From contig JBKJLC010000031.1 of the NCBI GenBank assembly GCA_046597055.1, forward strand, positions 1-45,616: a stretch of 45,616 nt of DNA, written 5' to 3'. Position 1 is the first letter of the stretch, and every line of letters begins with the position of its first letter. The translations under genes and the position numbers were made by a program. The notes beneath the pieces are model-generated. The model saw only the letters and a list, made by a program, of their open reading frames with translations, had not been told where the DNA came from and ran no database searches. Shown one piece after another: positions 9,305-20,226 of this stretch. The stretch is from Kofleriaceae bacterium. Its GTDB lineage: Bacteria > Myxococcota_A > Polyangia > Haliangiales > Haliangiaceae.

Positions 9305-12300
9305 TCAGGGCGTGCCGAGCCGGTCGCTGGCGCCGATGGTCGCGGTGGTCGCGGTGGTCAGCCACGCGCCGAGGCCGTCCGGCCCGCGCGCCTCGGTGGG
9401 CAAGCCACCGGCGTCGAGCGACCAGCGCACCGCGCCGTCGCGGCTGGTGGTCACCAGGGTGCGGCCGTCGGGCGACGTCGCCATGCCGACCAGCCGATCC
9501 TCGCCGCCGCGCAGCACCCGCACGTCGTCGCCGGTCACGCTCCACACCCGCACGGTGCCGTCGAGCCCGGCCGAGGCGAGCCAGTCGCCGTCGACGAAGC
9601 GCAGCGCCCGCACCGACTTTTCGTGACCGGTCAGCACCCGCCGCACCGACCGGGTCGCCACGTCCCACAGTCGTACCGTCTGATCGACGCTGCCCGAGGC
9701 GAGCGTCCGGCTGTCGGGCGAGAACGCCACCTCGCGGACCACGCCCGCGTGACCGTCGAGCATGGTGAGCGCGCCGGCGGCCAGGTCCCACAGTCCGACC
9801 CGGGTGTCGACGGCCGACGCGAGGTAGCGGCCGTCGGGCGAGAGGGCGAGCGAGATGATGCCGGGCCCGTGGCGATAGAGCCCTCGGCTCGGGCACGCGC
9901 CGCCGACCTCGCCCAGGCGGACCTCGTCGCGATCGACGTACGCGACCTGGGTGCCGTCGGGCGAGAACAGCGCTGACCACATCTCCTGGCCGGGGAAGCG
10001 GCAGCGCTCCTGGCCGGTCGCGGCGTCGATCACGACCACGGCGTCGTGGCCGGGGCGCAGGAAGAGCACGTCGCCCCGCTTCGAGACGCTCATCATGGCG
10101 GGGGCGCTGGTGGTGGTGGTGATCACCCGCCCGGGCGCGTCGGTGGTCGGGTCCCACACCCGGATCGCGTCGTCGGCGCGGGTCACCAGGCGCCCGTCCG
10201 GCAGGTAGCTGATCGACGTGACCGCGCCGGTGCCGCTGCGCAGGATGCGGCGGCCGGGACCGTCGAGGTCCCAGATCGCGAGCTCGGCGTTGCCGCCGAC
10301 CGCGACCTGGCGGCCGTCGGGCGAGAACGCCGGGTGCGAGGCGGTCGCGGCGATGCCGTCGAGCGGACGGCCGCGCTCGCCGAGGTCGCCGAGCGTCCAC
10401 ACCCGCACGGTGGCATCGTCGCCGGCCGACACCAGCGCCCGCCCGTCGGGCGTGTACGCGACCGCGTTCACCGCGCCCTGGTGCCCGAGCAGCGCGCGCG
10501 CGGGGCGGTCGGCGAGGTCCCACAATCGCACGGTGCCGGCCGAGTTCGCGGTCGCGAGCTGGCGGCCGTCCGGCGCGAACCCGAGGTCGAGCACGTAGTC
10601 GGACTGGGCCGGCAGCGCGCGGTGGGTCGGCGGATCCTGCGCGAGCGACCACAGGTGGACGCCGCTGGTGCCGGCCAGCGCGAGCAGCGTCCCGTCGGGC
10701 GACGCTTCGATCGGTCCGAACGGCTCGGGGTTGGCGACCGCGCGGCTGGCGCCGGTCGCGACGTTCCACAGCCGGAGATCGCGCTCGGCGCTGCCGGTGG
10801 CGAGAGTCTGGCCGTCGGGCGTGAACGCGACCCCCCACGCCGCGTAGCTCTCGCCGCGCCAGACCCGGCTGGTGCCCGCGGTCAGGTCCCAGAGGCGCAC
10901 GGTCTTGTCCATGCTGACCGACGCGAGCGTGCGGCCATCGGGCGCGAACGCGAGGTTGGCCACCGAGTCGTCGTGGGCGCCGAGCACCCGCGAGCGCGGC
11001 GGGCCGGCGCCGAGCGACCACACCACCAGCGTGCGATCGACGGTGACCACCAGCTGGCGGCCGTCGGGCGCCCAGGCGAGGGCGCCGACGCTGCCCGGCG
11101 CCGCGAGCACGACCGGCGCGCGCCCGTCGAGCGGCCACAGCCGGATCGTCTTGTCGGTGCCGCCGGACGCCACCGTGGTCCCGTCGGGCGACACCGCCAC
11201 CGCGTGGACCGCGCCCTGGTGGCCGCGCAGCACGTGGCGGGCGATGCCGCGGCTCCGGGCGTCGATCGCGATCGCGCGGGCGCGATCCCACGACGGCGCG
11301 TCCGCCGGGTAGAGCTTGAGCCAGGCCACCGACGCGGTCGGGTCGGCGCCGAGCGCCGCCTGGGCCTGGAGCAGGATCAGCTCGTTCGTGCGGGCCTCGG
11401 CCTCGGCGCCGCGGCGCTGGGCCTCGCGGCGCTGGGCCTCGGCGACCGCGCGCTCGCGGACGATCCGGGTGATGCTGATCGTCCCCATGACGCCGAGCAC
11501 GACCAGCGCGGCGGCGGCGACCGCGACCAGCCCGCGGTGGCGGCGCAGCCAGCGCCGGGTCAGCGCCAGGGTCGTATAGCGATGGGCGCTGACCAGCTGC
11601 CCGGTCTGGAATCGCTTCAGGTCGGCGGCCAGCTCGCGGGCGGTCGGATACCGAGCGCCCGGCTCGGTCGCCATCGCCTTGCGCACGATCGTGACCAGCT
11701 CCCGAGGGATGAGGGCCTCGCGCTGCTCGATCGGCACCAGGACCCGGCGCGGCGGGGGCTTGCTGCTGGTCCGGGTTTCGCCCAGCGACACCGACGGGGT
11801 GTCGACGCGGGTGAACGGCGAGCACCCGGCCAGCACGTGATAGAGCAGCGCGCCGAGCGCGTACACGTCGGCGCGCTCGTCGACCGGTTCGCCCTTGGCC
11901 TGTTCGGGCGCCATGTACGCGGGGGTACCCATCACCTTGCCGGCGACGGTCGCATCGGGGGTGGAGAGCGAGCTGCGCCCGGGGCGGGTGGCCCGGGCCT
12001 CGGCGCGCGCGGCCGCCCGCTCGCCGGCGTCGCGCACCGTCGGGGGCTGACCGTCGGGGAAGGTCGACAGCTCGTCGGCCTCCGGGTCGGCGTCCGGCGG
12101 CGCAGCGGCGTCGAGATCCTTGGCCAGGCCCCAGTCGATCACCACGGTCTCGCCGAACTGTCCGACGATGACGTTGGCCGGCTTGATGTCGCGATGGATC
12201 ACCCGGCGTGAGTGCGCGTAGGCGATCGCCTCGGCGACCGCGATGACGTTGGGCAGGAGCGCCAGCCGGTCGACGAACACCGGGGTGTCCCTGATCACCT

Positions 12301-12652
12301 CGAGCAGCGACCGCCCCGACACCAGCTTCATCGCGTAGAACGGCTCGCCTGACGGCCAGCGCCCGGCCTCGTGGACCGGCACGATCGCCGGATGCTCGAG
12401 TCGGGCGGTGACCAGCGCCTCGCGTACGAACCGGACCGCCGCGTCGGGGTCGCGGTCGGGGTCGGGGATGAGCTCCTTGATCGCGACCGTGCGGCCCATC
12501 CGGCGATCGAACGCGCGGAGGATCCGGCCCAGGCCGCCGCGCGCGACCTCGGCGCCGATCTGATACGTGTCGCTCGAGATCACCGGCAGCTCGTCGCCCG
12601 ACGAGGTCTCCAGCGCGGTGTGGTCGTCGATGGTGACGTCTTCGCGTGTCAC
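9305..12652 (-). CDS. Ser/Thr kinase - TM - WD40-repeat protein
   Basis: [48 protein letters not shown]; many GH...V..VAFSPDG..LAS.S.D.TVRLWD repeats. GTG start at 12652 after GGAG. Confidence 0.93.
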   Translation of the reverse strand: MTREDVTIDDHTALETSSGDELPVISSDTYQIGAEVARGGLGRILRAFDRRMGRTVAIKELIPDPDRDPDAAVRFVREALVTARLEHPAIVPVHEAGRWPSGEPFYAMKLVSGRSLLEVIRDTPVFVDRLALLPNVIAVAEAIAYAHSRRVIHRDIKPANVIVGQFGETVVIDWGLAKDLDAAAPPDADPEADELSTFPDGQPPTVRDAGERAAARAEARATRPGRSSLSTPDATVAGKVMGTPAYMAPEQAKGEPVDERADVYALGALLYHVLAGCSPFTRVDTPSVSLGETRTSSKPPPRRVLVPIEQREALIPRELVTIVRKAMATEPGARYPTARELAADLKRFQTGQLVSAHRYTTLALTRRWLRRHRGLVAVAAAALVVLGVMGTISITRIVRERAVAEAQRREAQRRGAEAEARTNELILLQAQAALGADPTASVAWLKLYPADAPSWDRARAIAIDARSRGIARHVLRGHQGAVHAVAVSPDGTTVASGGTDKTIRLWPLDGRAPVVLAAPGSVGALAWAPDGRQLVVTVDRTLVVWSLGAGPPRSRVLGAHDDSVANLAFAPDGRTLASVSMDKTVRLWDLTAGTSRVWRGESYAAWGVAFTPDGQTLATGSAERDLRLWNVATGASRAVANPEPFGPIEASPDGTLLALAGTSGVHLWSLAQDPPTHRALPAQSDYVLDLGFAPDGRQLATANSAGTVRLWDLADRPARALLGHQGAVNAVAYTPDGRALVSAGDDATVRVWTLGDLGERGRPLDGIAATASHPAFSPDGRQVAVGGNAELAIWDLDGPGRRILRSGTGAVTSISYLPDGRLVTRADDAIRVWDPTTDAPGRVITTTTSAPAMMSVSKRGDVLFLRPGHDAVVVIDAATGQERCRFPGQEMWSALFSPDGTQVAYVDRDEVRLGEVGGACPSRGLYRHGPGIISLALSPDGRYLASAVDTRVGLWDLAAGALTMLDGHAGVVREVAFSPDSRTLASGSVDQTVRLWDVATRSVRRVLTGHEKSVRALRFVDGDWLASAGLDGTVRVWSVTGDDVRVLRGGEDRLVGMATSPDGRTLVTTSRDGAVRWSLDAGGLPTEARGPDGLGAWLTTATTATIGASDRLGTP

Positions 12653-12863
12653 CTGGTCCGCTCCGTGCCCACAGGGGCGAGGGTACCGCGGGGGGCGGGG
12701 TGCCGACTCTGGGTTCGCCCCCTTGCCGTCAGACTGGGCGGCCGCGAACGAGCGGGTGCGCTCGGTGAGCGTTCGGACGCCCTGCTCGCACCCGGCGCCC
12801 GCCGCCACGAGCTTTCAAGCGGCCCCCGAAGCCGTTACGTGTGTGTGAACGAGCCTTGCAATG

Positions 12864-12879
12864 CGGACCGAGGCTTGCA
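12864..12879 (+). promoter_or_regulatory. Possible sigma54-type promoter
   Basis: CGGACCGAGGCTTGCA (GG-N10-GC with TTGCA at -12), ending 12 nt before ATG 12892; a similar sequence AACGAGCCTTGCA lies just upstream. Confidence 0.35.
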
Positions 12880-12891
12880 TAAACTGCGCTC

Positions 12892-13137
12892 ATGCGAACC
12901 ATAGCTTCCACGGGACTTGCGGCACTTCTCGCGCTGGCGTTTATCGGGACCACCGGCTGCGGCGGCAAAGACGGCCCCAAGTCGTCCACCACCACGCGTA
13001 CCCAGACCACCACTGATTCGGAGAGTGGCGAGAGCACCTCTTCGGATGTCACCGAGACGAAAACCGAGCAGGCCGACGGAACGAACGAAGTCGAGCGCAC
13101 CGAGACCACGACCAAGACGACCCCTGCTTCGCCGTGA
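12892..13137 (+). CDS. Small Thr/Ser/Glu-rich lipoprotein
   Basis: Signal peptide with TTGC lipobox followed by a low-complexity T/E-rich tail. Confidence 0.75.
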   Translation: MRTIASTGLAALLALAFIGTTGCGGKDGPKSSTTTRTQTTTDSESGESTSSDVTETKTEQADGTNEVERTETTTKTTPASP

Positions 13138-13186
13138 CCCTCGCGCGGCGCCGGCCCGGCGCCGTGCCGACGCTGGTCAGCTCAGC

Positions 13187-13933
13187 TCAACGCGTCGCCC
13201 AGGTGTAACGGTGGGCGGCCGGTAGCGACCGCTCGGCGAGAAACGTGACGTAATCGCGCCGCGGCCACGCCTCCAGGCACAGCAGCACGATCCGGGGCAG
13301 CGCCCCGCGGTACGGCTGATCGATGCGGCGCAGGCCGGCCTCGCTGCAGAACTGCTCCTCGAGCAGCGGCGGCACCGTGTGCTGGAGCGGGCCAACCAGC
13401 TTGGTGACGTTGGTCACCGCGGGATCGCTGCACGCCGCCGGCGGTGACGACACCAGGTGGGTGCCGCACACGCTGGGTCGATCCTCGTAGATCGTGCAGC
13501 GCTCGTCGGCGCCGAGGAACACGCACGGCCGCTGGTAGCCGGCCTTCGGCGTGGTCTCCATCAGGTGGGCCGCGGTCCGCAGCTGCTCGCGCAGCGCCGG
13601 TGTGTCGCGGCCCTCGCGGATCAGGCGCGCCGCGATCGGCACCGCTTCGTAGAGGTACGCGCTGGTGATCAGCGAGCAGCAGGCCTTGGGCGCGGTGCAG
13701 TCGAAGCACGACACCACCGTCAGGTGGACCCGGGCGTGCTCGGCGCACAGCGCGGTGGTGCGCGCGATGATCTCGCGGGTCGCCTGCGAGGTGTTCTCGA
13801 GCAGGCCGAGCTGCTCGATCAGCTCGCCGAAGGTGGGGCCGGCCTCGGGGCCGAGCATCGGGACCGCGTCACCGTCCGTGCGGCGCGCGGGCGCCGCCTT
13901 CCGCCGCTTCGAGCTCGCCCTGCGCTCCGCCAT
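13187..13933 (-). CDS. YkgJ/UPF0153-family cysteine-cluster protein (putative Fe-S or Zn binding)
   Basis: SCFDCTAPKACC and CVFLGADERCTIYEDRPSVC motifs. Confidence 0.85.
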   Translation of the reverse strand: MAERRASSKRRKAAPARRTDGDAVPMLGPEAGPTFGELIEQLGLLENTSQATREIIARTTALCAEHARVHLTVVSCFDCTAPKACCSLITSAYLYEAVPIAARLIREGRDTPALREQLRTAAHLMETTPKAGYQRPCVFLGADERCTIYEDRPSVCGTHLVSSPPAACSDPAVTNVTKLVGPLQHTVPPLLEEQFCSEAGLRRIDQPYRGALPRIVLLCLEAWPRRDYVTFLAERSLPAAHRYTWATR

Positions 13934-13963
13934 CCCGCGGTTATCTCACGTCGGGCCCGCGGG

Positions 13964-14476
13964 TCAGCCGGGGCCGACGTGAACGATCAGGCGATGCTTC
14001 TTCGCGAGCGCGAGCAGGCTCGCCACCCGGCGCACCGGCTTCGACTTCTCGGCCCAGGTCCGCAGCGACGCGTCGACATCGATCAGCCGCACCTCGGTGC
14101 CCGCGGTCAGCGTGACCGCGGCGGGGCCGCTCTCGGGCGCCGGTCGATCGAGCACCAGCGCCAGATCGGGCAGGTCGACCACGCCGAGTCGACGGAGCTC
14201 GTCGGTCGAGAATCGGACCTGGGGGCCGTGGGTGTTGAAGTGCTGCTTCACGGCGGCGACGATCGCCGCGGCCGCGGCCGCATCGAGCCAGCGCTCGACC
14301 GGCGCGGGGCTCCCGGCCGCGACCTCGAGCACGCGCGCTTCGTCGAGGTCGATCACCTCGCGGACGAGCGTCGTGTGGCCACTCGCGACCAGGGCTACCA
14401 GCAACGCGGCCACCGAGTCCGGGGCCGCCTCCGGCGAGCGGAAGCGTCCGAGGCCGAGGTCGACGACGAGATCCAT
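13964..14476 (-). CDS. Hypothetical protein
   Basis: 170-aa ORF with ordinary composition, GGAGG upstream, co-oriented with its neighbours. Confidence 0.65.
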   Translation of the reverse strand: MDLVVDLGLGRFRSPEAAPDSVAALLVALVASGHTTLVREVIDLDEARVLEVAAGSPAPVERWLDAAAAAAIVAAVKQHFNTHGPQVRFSTDELRRLGVVDLPDLALVLDRPAPESGPAAVTLTAGTEVRLIDVDASLRTWAEKSKPVRRVASLLALAKKHRLIVHVGPG

Positions 14477-14622
14477 GCGGCAGCATACCTCCGGGCGGGG
14501 GCGCCGCTGGCTGAGCCGGCAACGGCTGGCATCGCCCCGTCAGTTCTGGTCAGGGGGCCCGGCGATCGTCCCAGTGTCGCCGCATCCGGGGGCGAAAGCC
14601 ACACTGGCGTCACCCGGCGCGC

Positions 14623-15510
14623 TCACCGCCGGTCGCGGATCAGGCCCTCCTGCATCGTCGACGCGACCAGCACCCCGGCGCGCGTGAACCAGCGGCCGTG
14701 CGACAGCCCGCGTCCGCCTTGCGCCGACGGGCTGTCGAGGTCGTAGAGCATCCACTCGTCGAACCGAAACGGCCGGTGAAACCACATGGCGTGGTCGAGG
14801 CTGGCGATCTGCAGGTTGGGCGTCAGCCACCCGACCCCGTGCGGTTGCAGCGCGGTGCCGAGGAGGTGGAAGTCGGACGCGTAGGCGAGGACCAGCTCGT
14901 GGAGCGCGCGCCGGTCGGGCAGGGCGCCGTTGGCGCGGAACCAGACCCGACGCCGCGGCTCCTGCGGCGGCGGGTTGACCGGCGGCGGCGGCGCGACCGG
15001 CCGGATCTCGATCGGGCGGTCGGCGAGCACGCGCTCGCGCATCGCCGCCGGCACCGCGGCGCGCTTCGCCGCCGGCAGGCTGTCGAGGTACTGCTGAACG
15101 AGCTCGCGCTCCGACAGCAGGTCGTCGGGGCCCGGCACCTCGGGCATGACCTCGGCCTGGTGATCGAAGCCACCCTCGTCGACCTGGAACGAGGCCGCCA
15201 TGTTGTAGATCGCGCGGCCGTCCTGCACCGCCACCACGCGCCGGGTCGTGAAGCTCTGGCCGTCGCGGATCGGGTCCACCGTGAAGACGATCGGCTTGGC
15301 GGCGTCGCCGGGCCGCAGAAAGTAGCCGTGGAACGAGTGCACCATGCGATCGGCCGGCACGGTCTGCTCGGCTGCCGACAGCGCTTGCCCGAGTACCTGC
15401 CCCCCGAACACGCGGCCCCAGCCGAGATCCTGGCTCTGGCCGCGGAAGATGTTCTCCTCGATGCGCTCGAGCTCGAGTCGGGCGATCAGCTCGGCCAGGA
15501 CGGTCTGCAT
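14623..15510 (-). CDS. tesB: Acyl-CoA thioesterase II
   Basis: LERIEENIFRGQSQDLGWGRVFGGQVLGQALSAA, HSFHGYFLRPGD, IRDGQSFTTRRV, LAYASD, ASLDHAMWFH, QEGLIR. Confidence 0.96.
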   Translation of the reverse strand: MQTVLAELIARLELERIEENIFRGQSQDLGWGRVFGGQVLGQALSAAEQTVPADRMVHSFHGYFLRPGDAAKPIVFTVDPIRDGQSFTTRRVVAVQDGRAIYNMAASFQVDEGGFDHQAEVMPEVPGPDDLLSERELVQQYLDSLPAAKRAAVPAAMRERVLADRPIEIRPVAPPPPVNPPPQEPRRRVWFRANGALPDRRALHELVLAYASDFHLLGTALQPHGVGWLTPNLQIASLDHAMWFHRPFRFDEWMLYDLDSPSAQGGRGLSHGRWFTRAGVLVASTMQEGLIRDRR

Positions 15511-15563
15511 GACTGACTCTCGCCCTGGCATCGAGCCCATGCAACCCGCGCGAGGCCGTCCGG

Positions 15564-16790
15564 TCAGCGCCGCAGGCGCGCGTGGAAGGCCGAGCCGAGT
15601 TGATGGTTCCCTGCGATGCTCAGGGTGCCGCCCACGGTGCGCAAGCCGCGGAGGCCCGACAGGCCCCCCTGCAGATCGTTGCTGTTGATGGTCACGTCGC
15701 CGCCGATCACCGCGAGGTTCTCGAGCCCGGTGAGCGCGGTCAGGGCATCGTTGCGCACCAGCCTGAGCGAACCCGGGTGATGACGGAGATGCTCGAGCCC
15801 GGCGAGCGAGGCCAGCTGATCGTTACGCTCGATCTCGATCGAGGCGACGACGAGCGACGTCGGGAACCCCTGCAGGTCGACCAGTTGCTCGTTGTGCTGC
15901 AGATACAGCCGGTGGGTTCGTCGCAGGCTCTGGAGCTCGAAGCCGCGCAGCGACAGATCGTCGACGAACCTCAGCCTCGACAGGTCGACCGCGGTCAGGG
16001 TGCCCGGCACCGAGCGTTGCGTTCGATCAAGACCCCACCCGCGATGCGCGTCAACGCCCCGAGCGCAATCGTGCGCAGCGCGGTGGTCGACACCAGCTTC
16101 AGGTCGCCGCCGATCGAGGTCAGGGCCGGCAGCTGCCGGACGGCCAGGGTCCCGCCGGCGGCGAGGTCTCCGCCGACGCGCGCCAGGAGCGGCACGGCGC
16201 CCGCTCCGCCGCCCAGGGCCAGATCGCCCGCGACCGTGGTGAGCTTCGGCAGCGAGGACTCGTTGGCCCTGAGGCGCACGCTGCCCCCGACGATCTCGAG
16301 TGCGGGTAGCTCGACCGGGCCGGCGCCGGTCAGGGTCAGGGTCCCGGTCACGACCCGGAGCTCTTGGAGCGCCGCCTGGTCCTCGACGCCGACCGTCAGA
16401 TCCCCGTCGACGATCGTGCGCGGGTCGCACACGGTCGAGGTGGACTCGACCTCGGCGGCGTCGAGCAGGCCGTTGCCGTCGTGGTCGGAGCCGACGAGGA
16501 TCGCGCGGCCACCGGCCGGGCAGCGCTCGCCCGGCGGCACCGCCGCCTCGCGCACGAGGAGCGGCGCCGGCGGCGGGGTGCACTCGTACGCATGCTCGTC
16601 GATCTCGTTGGCGTCGAGCGTTCCATCGCCGTCGTCGTCGAGGCCGGTGGCGACGGCGATGCCGCCCCGCGCGCAGTTCACGCCGGCTGGCTCGGGCTCG
16701 ACCCGCGTGAGCATGGCGAGATCATCGGTGCAAGCTACCGCGAACAGCGTCCCGATCAGCAAGCTCGCCGGCGGCGAGTCGTCGAGTCAT
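15564..16790 (-). pseudogene. Frameshifted lipoprotein gene with two EPAGxxCxxGG...GxDxDGxGxLDxxE repeats and receptor-L-domain-like Leu-rich repeats
   Basis: ATG 16790 (MTRRLAA) is 1 nt out of frame with the rest of the signal peptide and lipobox (LLIGTLFAVAC). A second frame switch near 16015 joins ...VLIERN to the repeats NDQLASLAGLEHL and NDALTALTGLENLAVIGG. Confidence 0.72.
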
Positions 16791-16910
16791 CGGTGGCATC
16801 CCCCGGACGCTCGCATTGCCGACTCCGGGCGTCACCGGTGGGCGCTGGCATCGTTCGGTAGCGAACCGATCATAGTGGCGCCCGTACGGACGCCCGTTGA
16901 CCGGTTGGAT

Positions 16911-16937
16911 TAGATAGTGTATATGAAACACTATGTA
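16911..16937. promoter_or_regulatory. NrtR-like operator palindrome overlapping the PARG start codon
   Basis: tagATAGTGT-ATATGAA-ACACTATgta: perfect 7-bp arms with a GT-N7-AC core, AT-rich in a GC-rich background; TTGACC at 16897-16902. Confidence 0.72.
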
Positions 16938-17769
16938 TCGCGCCAGCACCGCCGCTTCCACCATGGCCACCATCGACGCGGGCGGCTACACGGCGCCGTC
17001 GGGCGCGCGGCGCGACCTGCGCGCGGCCATCGACGCCGCGTGCGCCGGCACCCGCCTGTATCGCCCGGACGAGCTCGAGGCGCGGCTCGCGCGACCGTCC
17101 CTCGCGGCGGCGCCGACCGCGACCCCGCCTGCGATCGAGGTCACCACCGAGACCACCGGCGCTGCCGCGCGCCGCCTGGCCCAAGCCGGCCACGCGGTGG
17201 CCGCGCTCAACTTCGCGTCGGCGAAGAACCCCGGCGGAGGTTTCCTCGGTGGCGCCAAGGCGCAGGAGGAGGACCTCGCCCGCTGCAGCGCGCTGTACCC
17301 GACGCTGCTCACCCAGCGCGCGTACTACGACGCCAACCGCGCGACCGACTCGATGCTGTACACCGACCACATCATCTATTCGCCCCGGGTCCCGTTCTTC
17401 CGCGACGATCAGCTCGAGTGGCTCGAGCACCCGTACCCGTGCTCGATCGTCACCGCGCCGGCACCCAACGCGGGCGAGGCGCTGCGCCGCGATCCTGACG
17501 CGCGCGCGGCGATCACGGCCACGCTCGCGCGGCGGGCCGCGATGGTGCTGGCGGTCCTCGCCGCCGCGGCCGAGCGCACGCTGGTGCTGGGCGCGTGGGG
17601 TTGTGGCGTGTTCCGCAACGATCCGGCCGAGGTGGCCGGCGTGTTCGCCGATGCGCTGGCGGCACCGCGCGTCGCGGGCGCGTTCGATCGGATCGTGTTC
17701 GCCATCTACGATCGCAACGGCGAAGGGCCGAACTACCGCGCGTTCGTGCAGCGGTTCCCGATCACCTGA
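16933..17769 (+). CDS. TIGR02452/DUF2263-type macrodomain protein, bacterial poly(ADP-ribose) glycohydrolase-like
   Basis: PARG signature LNFASAKNPGGGFLGGAKAQEEDLARCSALY, plus IYSPRVPFFRDD and LVLGAWGCGVFRN. Confidence 0.93.
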   Translation: MYRASTAASTMATIDAGGYTAPSGARRDLRAAIDAACAGTRLYRPDELEARLARPSLAAAPTATPPAIEVTTETTGAAARRLAQAGHAVAALNFASAKNPGGGFLGGAKAQEEDLARCSALYPTLLTQRAYYDANRATDSMLYTDHIIYSPRVPFFRDDQLEWLEHPYPCSIVTAPAPNAGEALRRDPDARAAITATLARRAAMVLAVLAAAAERTLVLGAWGCGVFRNDPAEVAGVFADALAAPRVAGAFDRIVFAIYDRNGEGPNYRAFVQRFPIT

Positions 17770-17834
17770 TCGCAGCGCCGGGGCGGCCCGGTCGCGGCGG
17801 CGGCCATCACCGTCGCCGCCGGCGAAGCGCGGCG

Positions 17835-19175
17835 TCAGTAGCCGCTGGCAACGCGGCCCGCGCCGTACACCGGGTCGCGACCTGGCTTGCCGAGATCGGC
17901 GCTGCGCTGCCGCAGGGCCTGCGCGAGACCGGCCGGCGTCGTGACCGCGCCCTCGCTGAGGATCAGGGCGGCGATCCCCGCGGCGTGCGGCGTGGCCATG
18001 CTGGTCCCGGCGGCCCAGAACCAGGCGCCCTGGGCCCCGGTGCTGAGCACGAGGTCGAAGACGAAGCACGGGTAGTCGACGATCACGCCGACCGTGCACA
18101 GGTGACCGAAGTCGGGATCCCGGTAGACGTCGCCGCCGGGCGCGGCGAAGTCGACCGCCGCGTTGCCGTAGTTCGAGTACAACGCGCGATGGTCAAGGCT
18201 GCCGGTGGGATCGAGGGCCCAGTCGTGCGGCGCGGTCGCCGAGATGCCGATCACGCCGGTCGCGTCGGACGGCAGGTTGATCAGGTTGCCGCGGCCGAGG
18301 TCGAGGTCACTGTTGCCGACCGCGGCGATGACGGTCGTGCCGCGCTGCCGCGCGTAGCTCGCGGCGTGGTTCACCGCGGTGGTGAGGCGGTTCGGGCCGC
18401 GGTCGTCCCGGCGCTGGAACGTGCCGCCGAGGCTCATGCTGATGATGTCGGCGCCGCTGTCGGTCGCGTAGATGATGCCGGCGATGACGGTGCCGAAGTC
18501 ACCGGAGCCTTCGTCCAGCAGCACCTTGACGAGGACCAGCTCGGCCTCGGGCGCGATCCCGATCACCCCGTACCCGTTGTCGGCCGCGGCGACGGTGCCG
18601 GCGGTGTGGGTGCCGTGGCTGAACACATCGGGCAGCGTGTACTGCAGCCCCTCGCCGGTGAGGTCGCGGCTCAGGTCGTAGTTGATGTTCGGCGCGAGAT
18701 CCTCGTGACCGAGGTCGAAGCCGGTGTCGAGGACGGCGACGCGGACGCCCGCGCCGCGGACGCCGGCGGCCCACGCCTCGGGTGCATCGACCGCGTCGGC
18801 GCCCCACTGCGCATCGAAGTAGAAGTCGTCGTCGCCGGTGTACGGTGGGTTCGCGGCCGCCGCCGGCGCGACCCACTGCGGCCCGGGCTCGATCCATCGC
18901 ACCCGCACGTCTTGCACGACCGAGCAGCCCTCGGTCGCGTACCGGTCCGGCGCGGCGGTCGCCACCGTGGCGAAGCCCGCGGCCGGGAACAGGTGCCCGA
19001 CCACGTCGCCACGCCGGGCGGCCGTGGCGGCGAAGCTCGGTGCCAGCGCCGACGCGCACGTGATGATGTACGTGCTGCCGGCCGCCCGGTGTTCGGCGCT
19101 GGTGCCGACGTCGTCACACCCGACCAAGGTTCCCAGCAGCATGAGACCCGACCACGCTTCTCGCAGGTAACGCAT
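17835..19175 (-). CDS. S8 subtilisin-family serine peptidase, lipoprotein
   Basis: Catalytic triad VAVLDTG / SHGTHTAG / AGTSMATPH; lipobox LVGC; GGAGG upstream. Confidence 0.95.
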   Translation of the reverse strand: MRYLREAWSGLMLLGTLVGCDDVGTSAEHRAAGSTYIITCASALAPSFAATAARRGDVVGHLFPAAGFATVATAAPDRYATEGCSVVQDVRVRWIEPGPQWVAPAAAANPPYTGDDDFYFDAQWGADAVDAPEAWAAGVRGAGVRVAVLDTGFDLGHEDLAPNINYDLSRDLTGEGLQYTLPDVFSHGTHTAGTVAAADNGYGVIGIAPEAELVLVKVLLDEGSGDFGTVIAGIIYATDSGADIISMSLGGTFQRRDDRGPNRLTTAVNHAASYARQRGTTVIAAVGNSDLDLGRGNLINLPSDATGVIGISATAPHDWALDPTGSLDHRALYSNYGNAAVDFAAPGGDVYRDPDFGHLCTVGVIVDYPCFVFDLVLSTGAQGAWFWAAGTSMATPHAAGIAALILSEGAVTTPAGLAQALRQRSADLGKPGRDPVYGAGRVASGY

Positions 19176-19261
19176 GGATTCCCCCTCCCAGCAGATTGTT
19201 GAACTGCGTACCGGAACCTACACGCGTTACACGGAAAGTTGCGAGAGGCATGCGTCGCCGT

Positions 19262-19304
19262 CCCGTCGCTCCCGTCGCTCCCGTCGCTCCCGCGCTCCCG
19301 CGCT
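19262..19304. repeat. Short tandem repeat in the divergent promoter region
   Basis: (CCCGTCGCT)x3 followed by (CCCGCGCT)x2. Confidence 0.8.
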
Positions 19305-19340
19305 CCCGGCGATCGCGAGGCGTCGTGGTATGGGTCGCCG

Positions 19341-20147
19341 ATGCCGAGCACGCTCGTCGAGTCGTTCGAGCTCCTGGTTCAAGCGGCGCAACTCGCGCCC
19401 CGGCTGGAGGCCGCCGCGCTGGCGCTGGCCCAGCTGCCGGGGCTCGACGAGGAGCAGGGTTGGCTGGCCGCGGCGCGCGCGCGCCTGGCGGCCGCCCGCG
19501 TCGAGTCGCACGGCGAGCTGCTCGACCGCGCGCTGCGCCTCCCCGAGCTCGAGGGCTTGAAGGCGGAGCAAGGGAAGCGCCTCCAGGGCGCGATCGCGGA
19601 CGAGGTCGAGCGACTCCAGGCCGGCATCGCGTACATCGGTGGCGCGCGCTCGCCGGTGCTTGACGTGCTGTTCGTCAACCTCAAGGTGCCCACGCTACGG
19701 AAGTGTGGCCGCGCGGAGCTCGAGCGTTCCTGCGCCGAGCTCGAGCGCCGGCTGGCCTCCAGCTACGTGCGGCGCATGTTCGCGGGCGAGCCTTACCTCG
19801 CCGTCAAGCCGACGGTCCAGGCGCTCGGCACGGCGGTCGCTACCTGGCGCAGCGTGTTCGTCGATCCGCCGCTCGACGAAGCCGCGGCCGCGCCGGTCCG
19901 GGGCGAGCTGGCGGCGGCCGGCCGCACCGTCGAGGTGCTGGTGCGCCAGGCCCGCCTCCTGGCCCAGGCCGCGCTGCTGCCGACCGTCGAGCTGCTCGAC
20001 GCCGCCGGCGTGGTGACGGCCAAGGCGAAGCGCCGCGGCAACCCCGACGAGGACACCCATGGGCTCCTCGAGCGCGATCCGGCCGATCCGCTGCTGCCGA
20101 CGGCCGCGGAGCGCGCCGAGATCGCGGCCGTCCACGCCCGATCGTGA
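19341..20147 (+). CDS. Hypothetical alpha-helical protein
   Basis: ORF from MPSTLVESF with GC-rich third codon positions; no recognised motif. Confidence 0.7.
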   Translation: MPSTLVESFELLVQAAQLAPRLEAAALALAQLPGLDEEQGWLAAARARLAAARVESHGELLDRALRLPELEGLKAEQGKRLQGAIADEVERLQAGIAYIGGARSPVLDVLFVNLKVPTLRKCGRAELERSCAELERRLASSYVRRMFAGEPYLAVKPTVQALGTAVATWRSVFVDPPLDEAAAAPVRGELAAAGRTVEVLVRQARLLAQAALLPTVELLDAAGVVTAKAKRRGNPDEDTHGLLERDPADPLLPTAAERAEIAAVHARS

Positions 20148-20226
20148 CCGACGCCGGTCCGGGCCGGACCGGGACCTGCGCCGGGTCGCCGGACCCCGCA
20201 GGTTCGGCGGCGGGTCGGGTGCGCGG

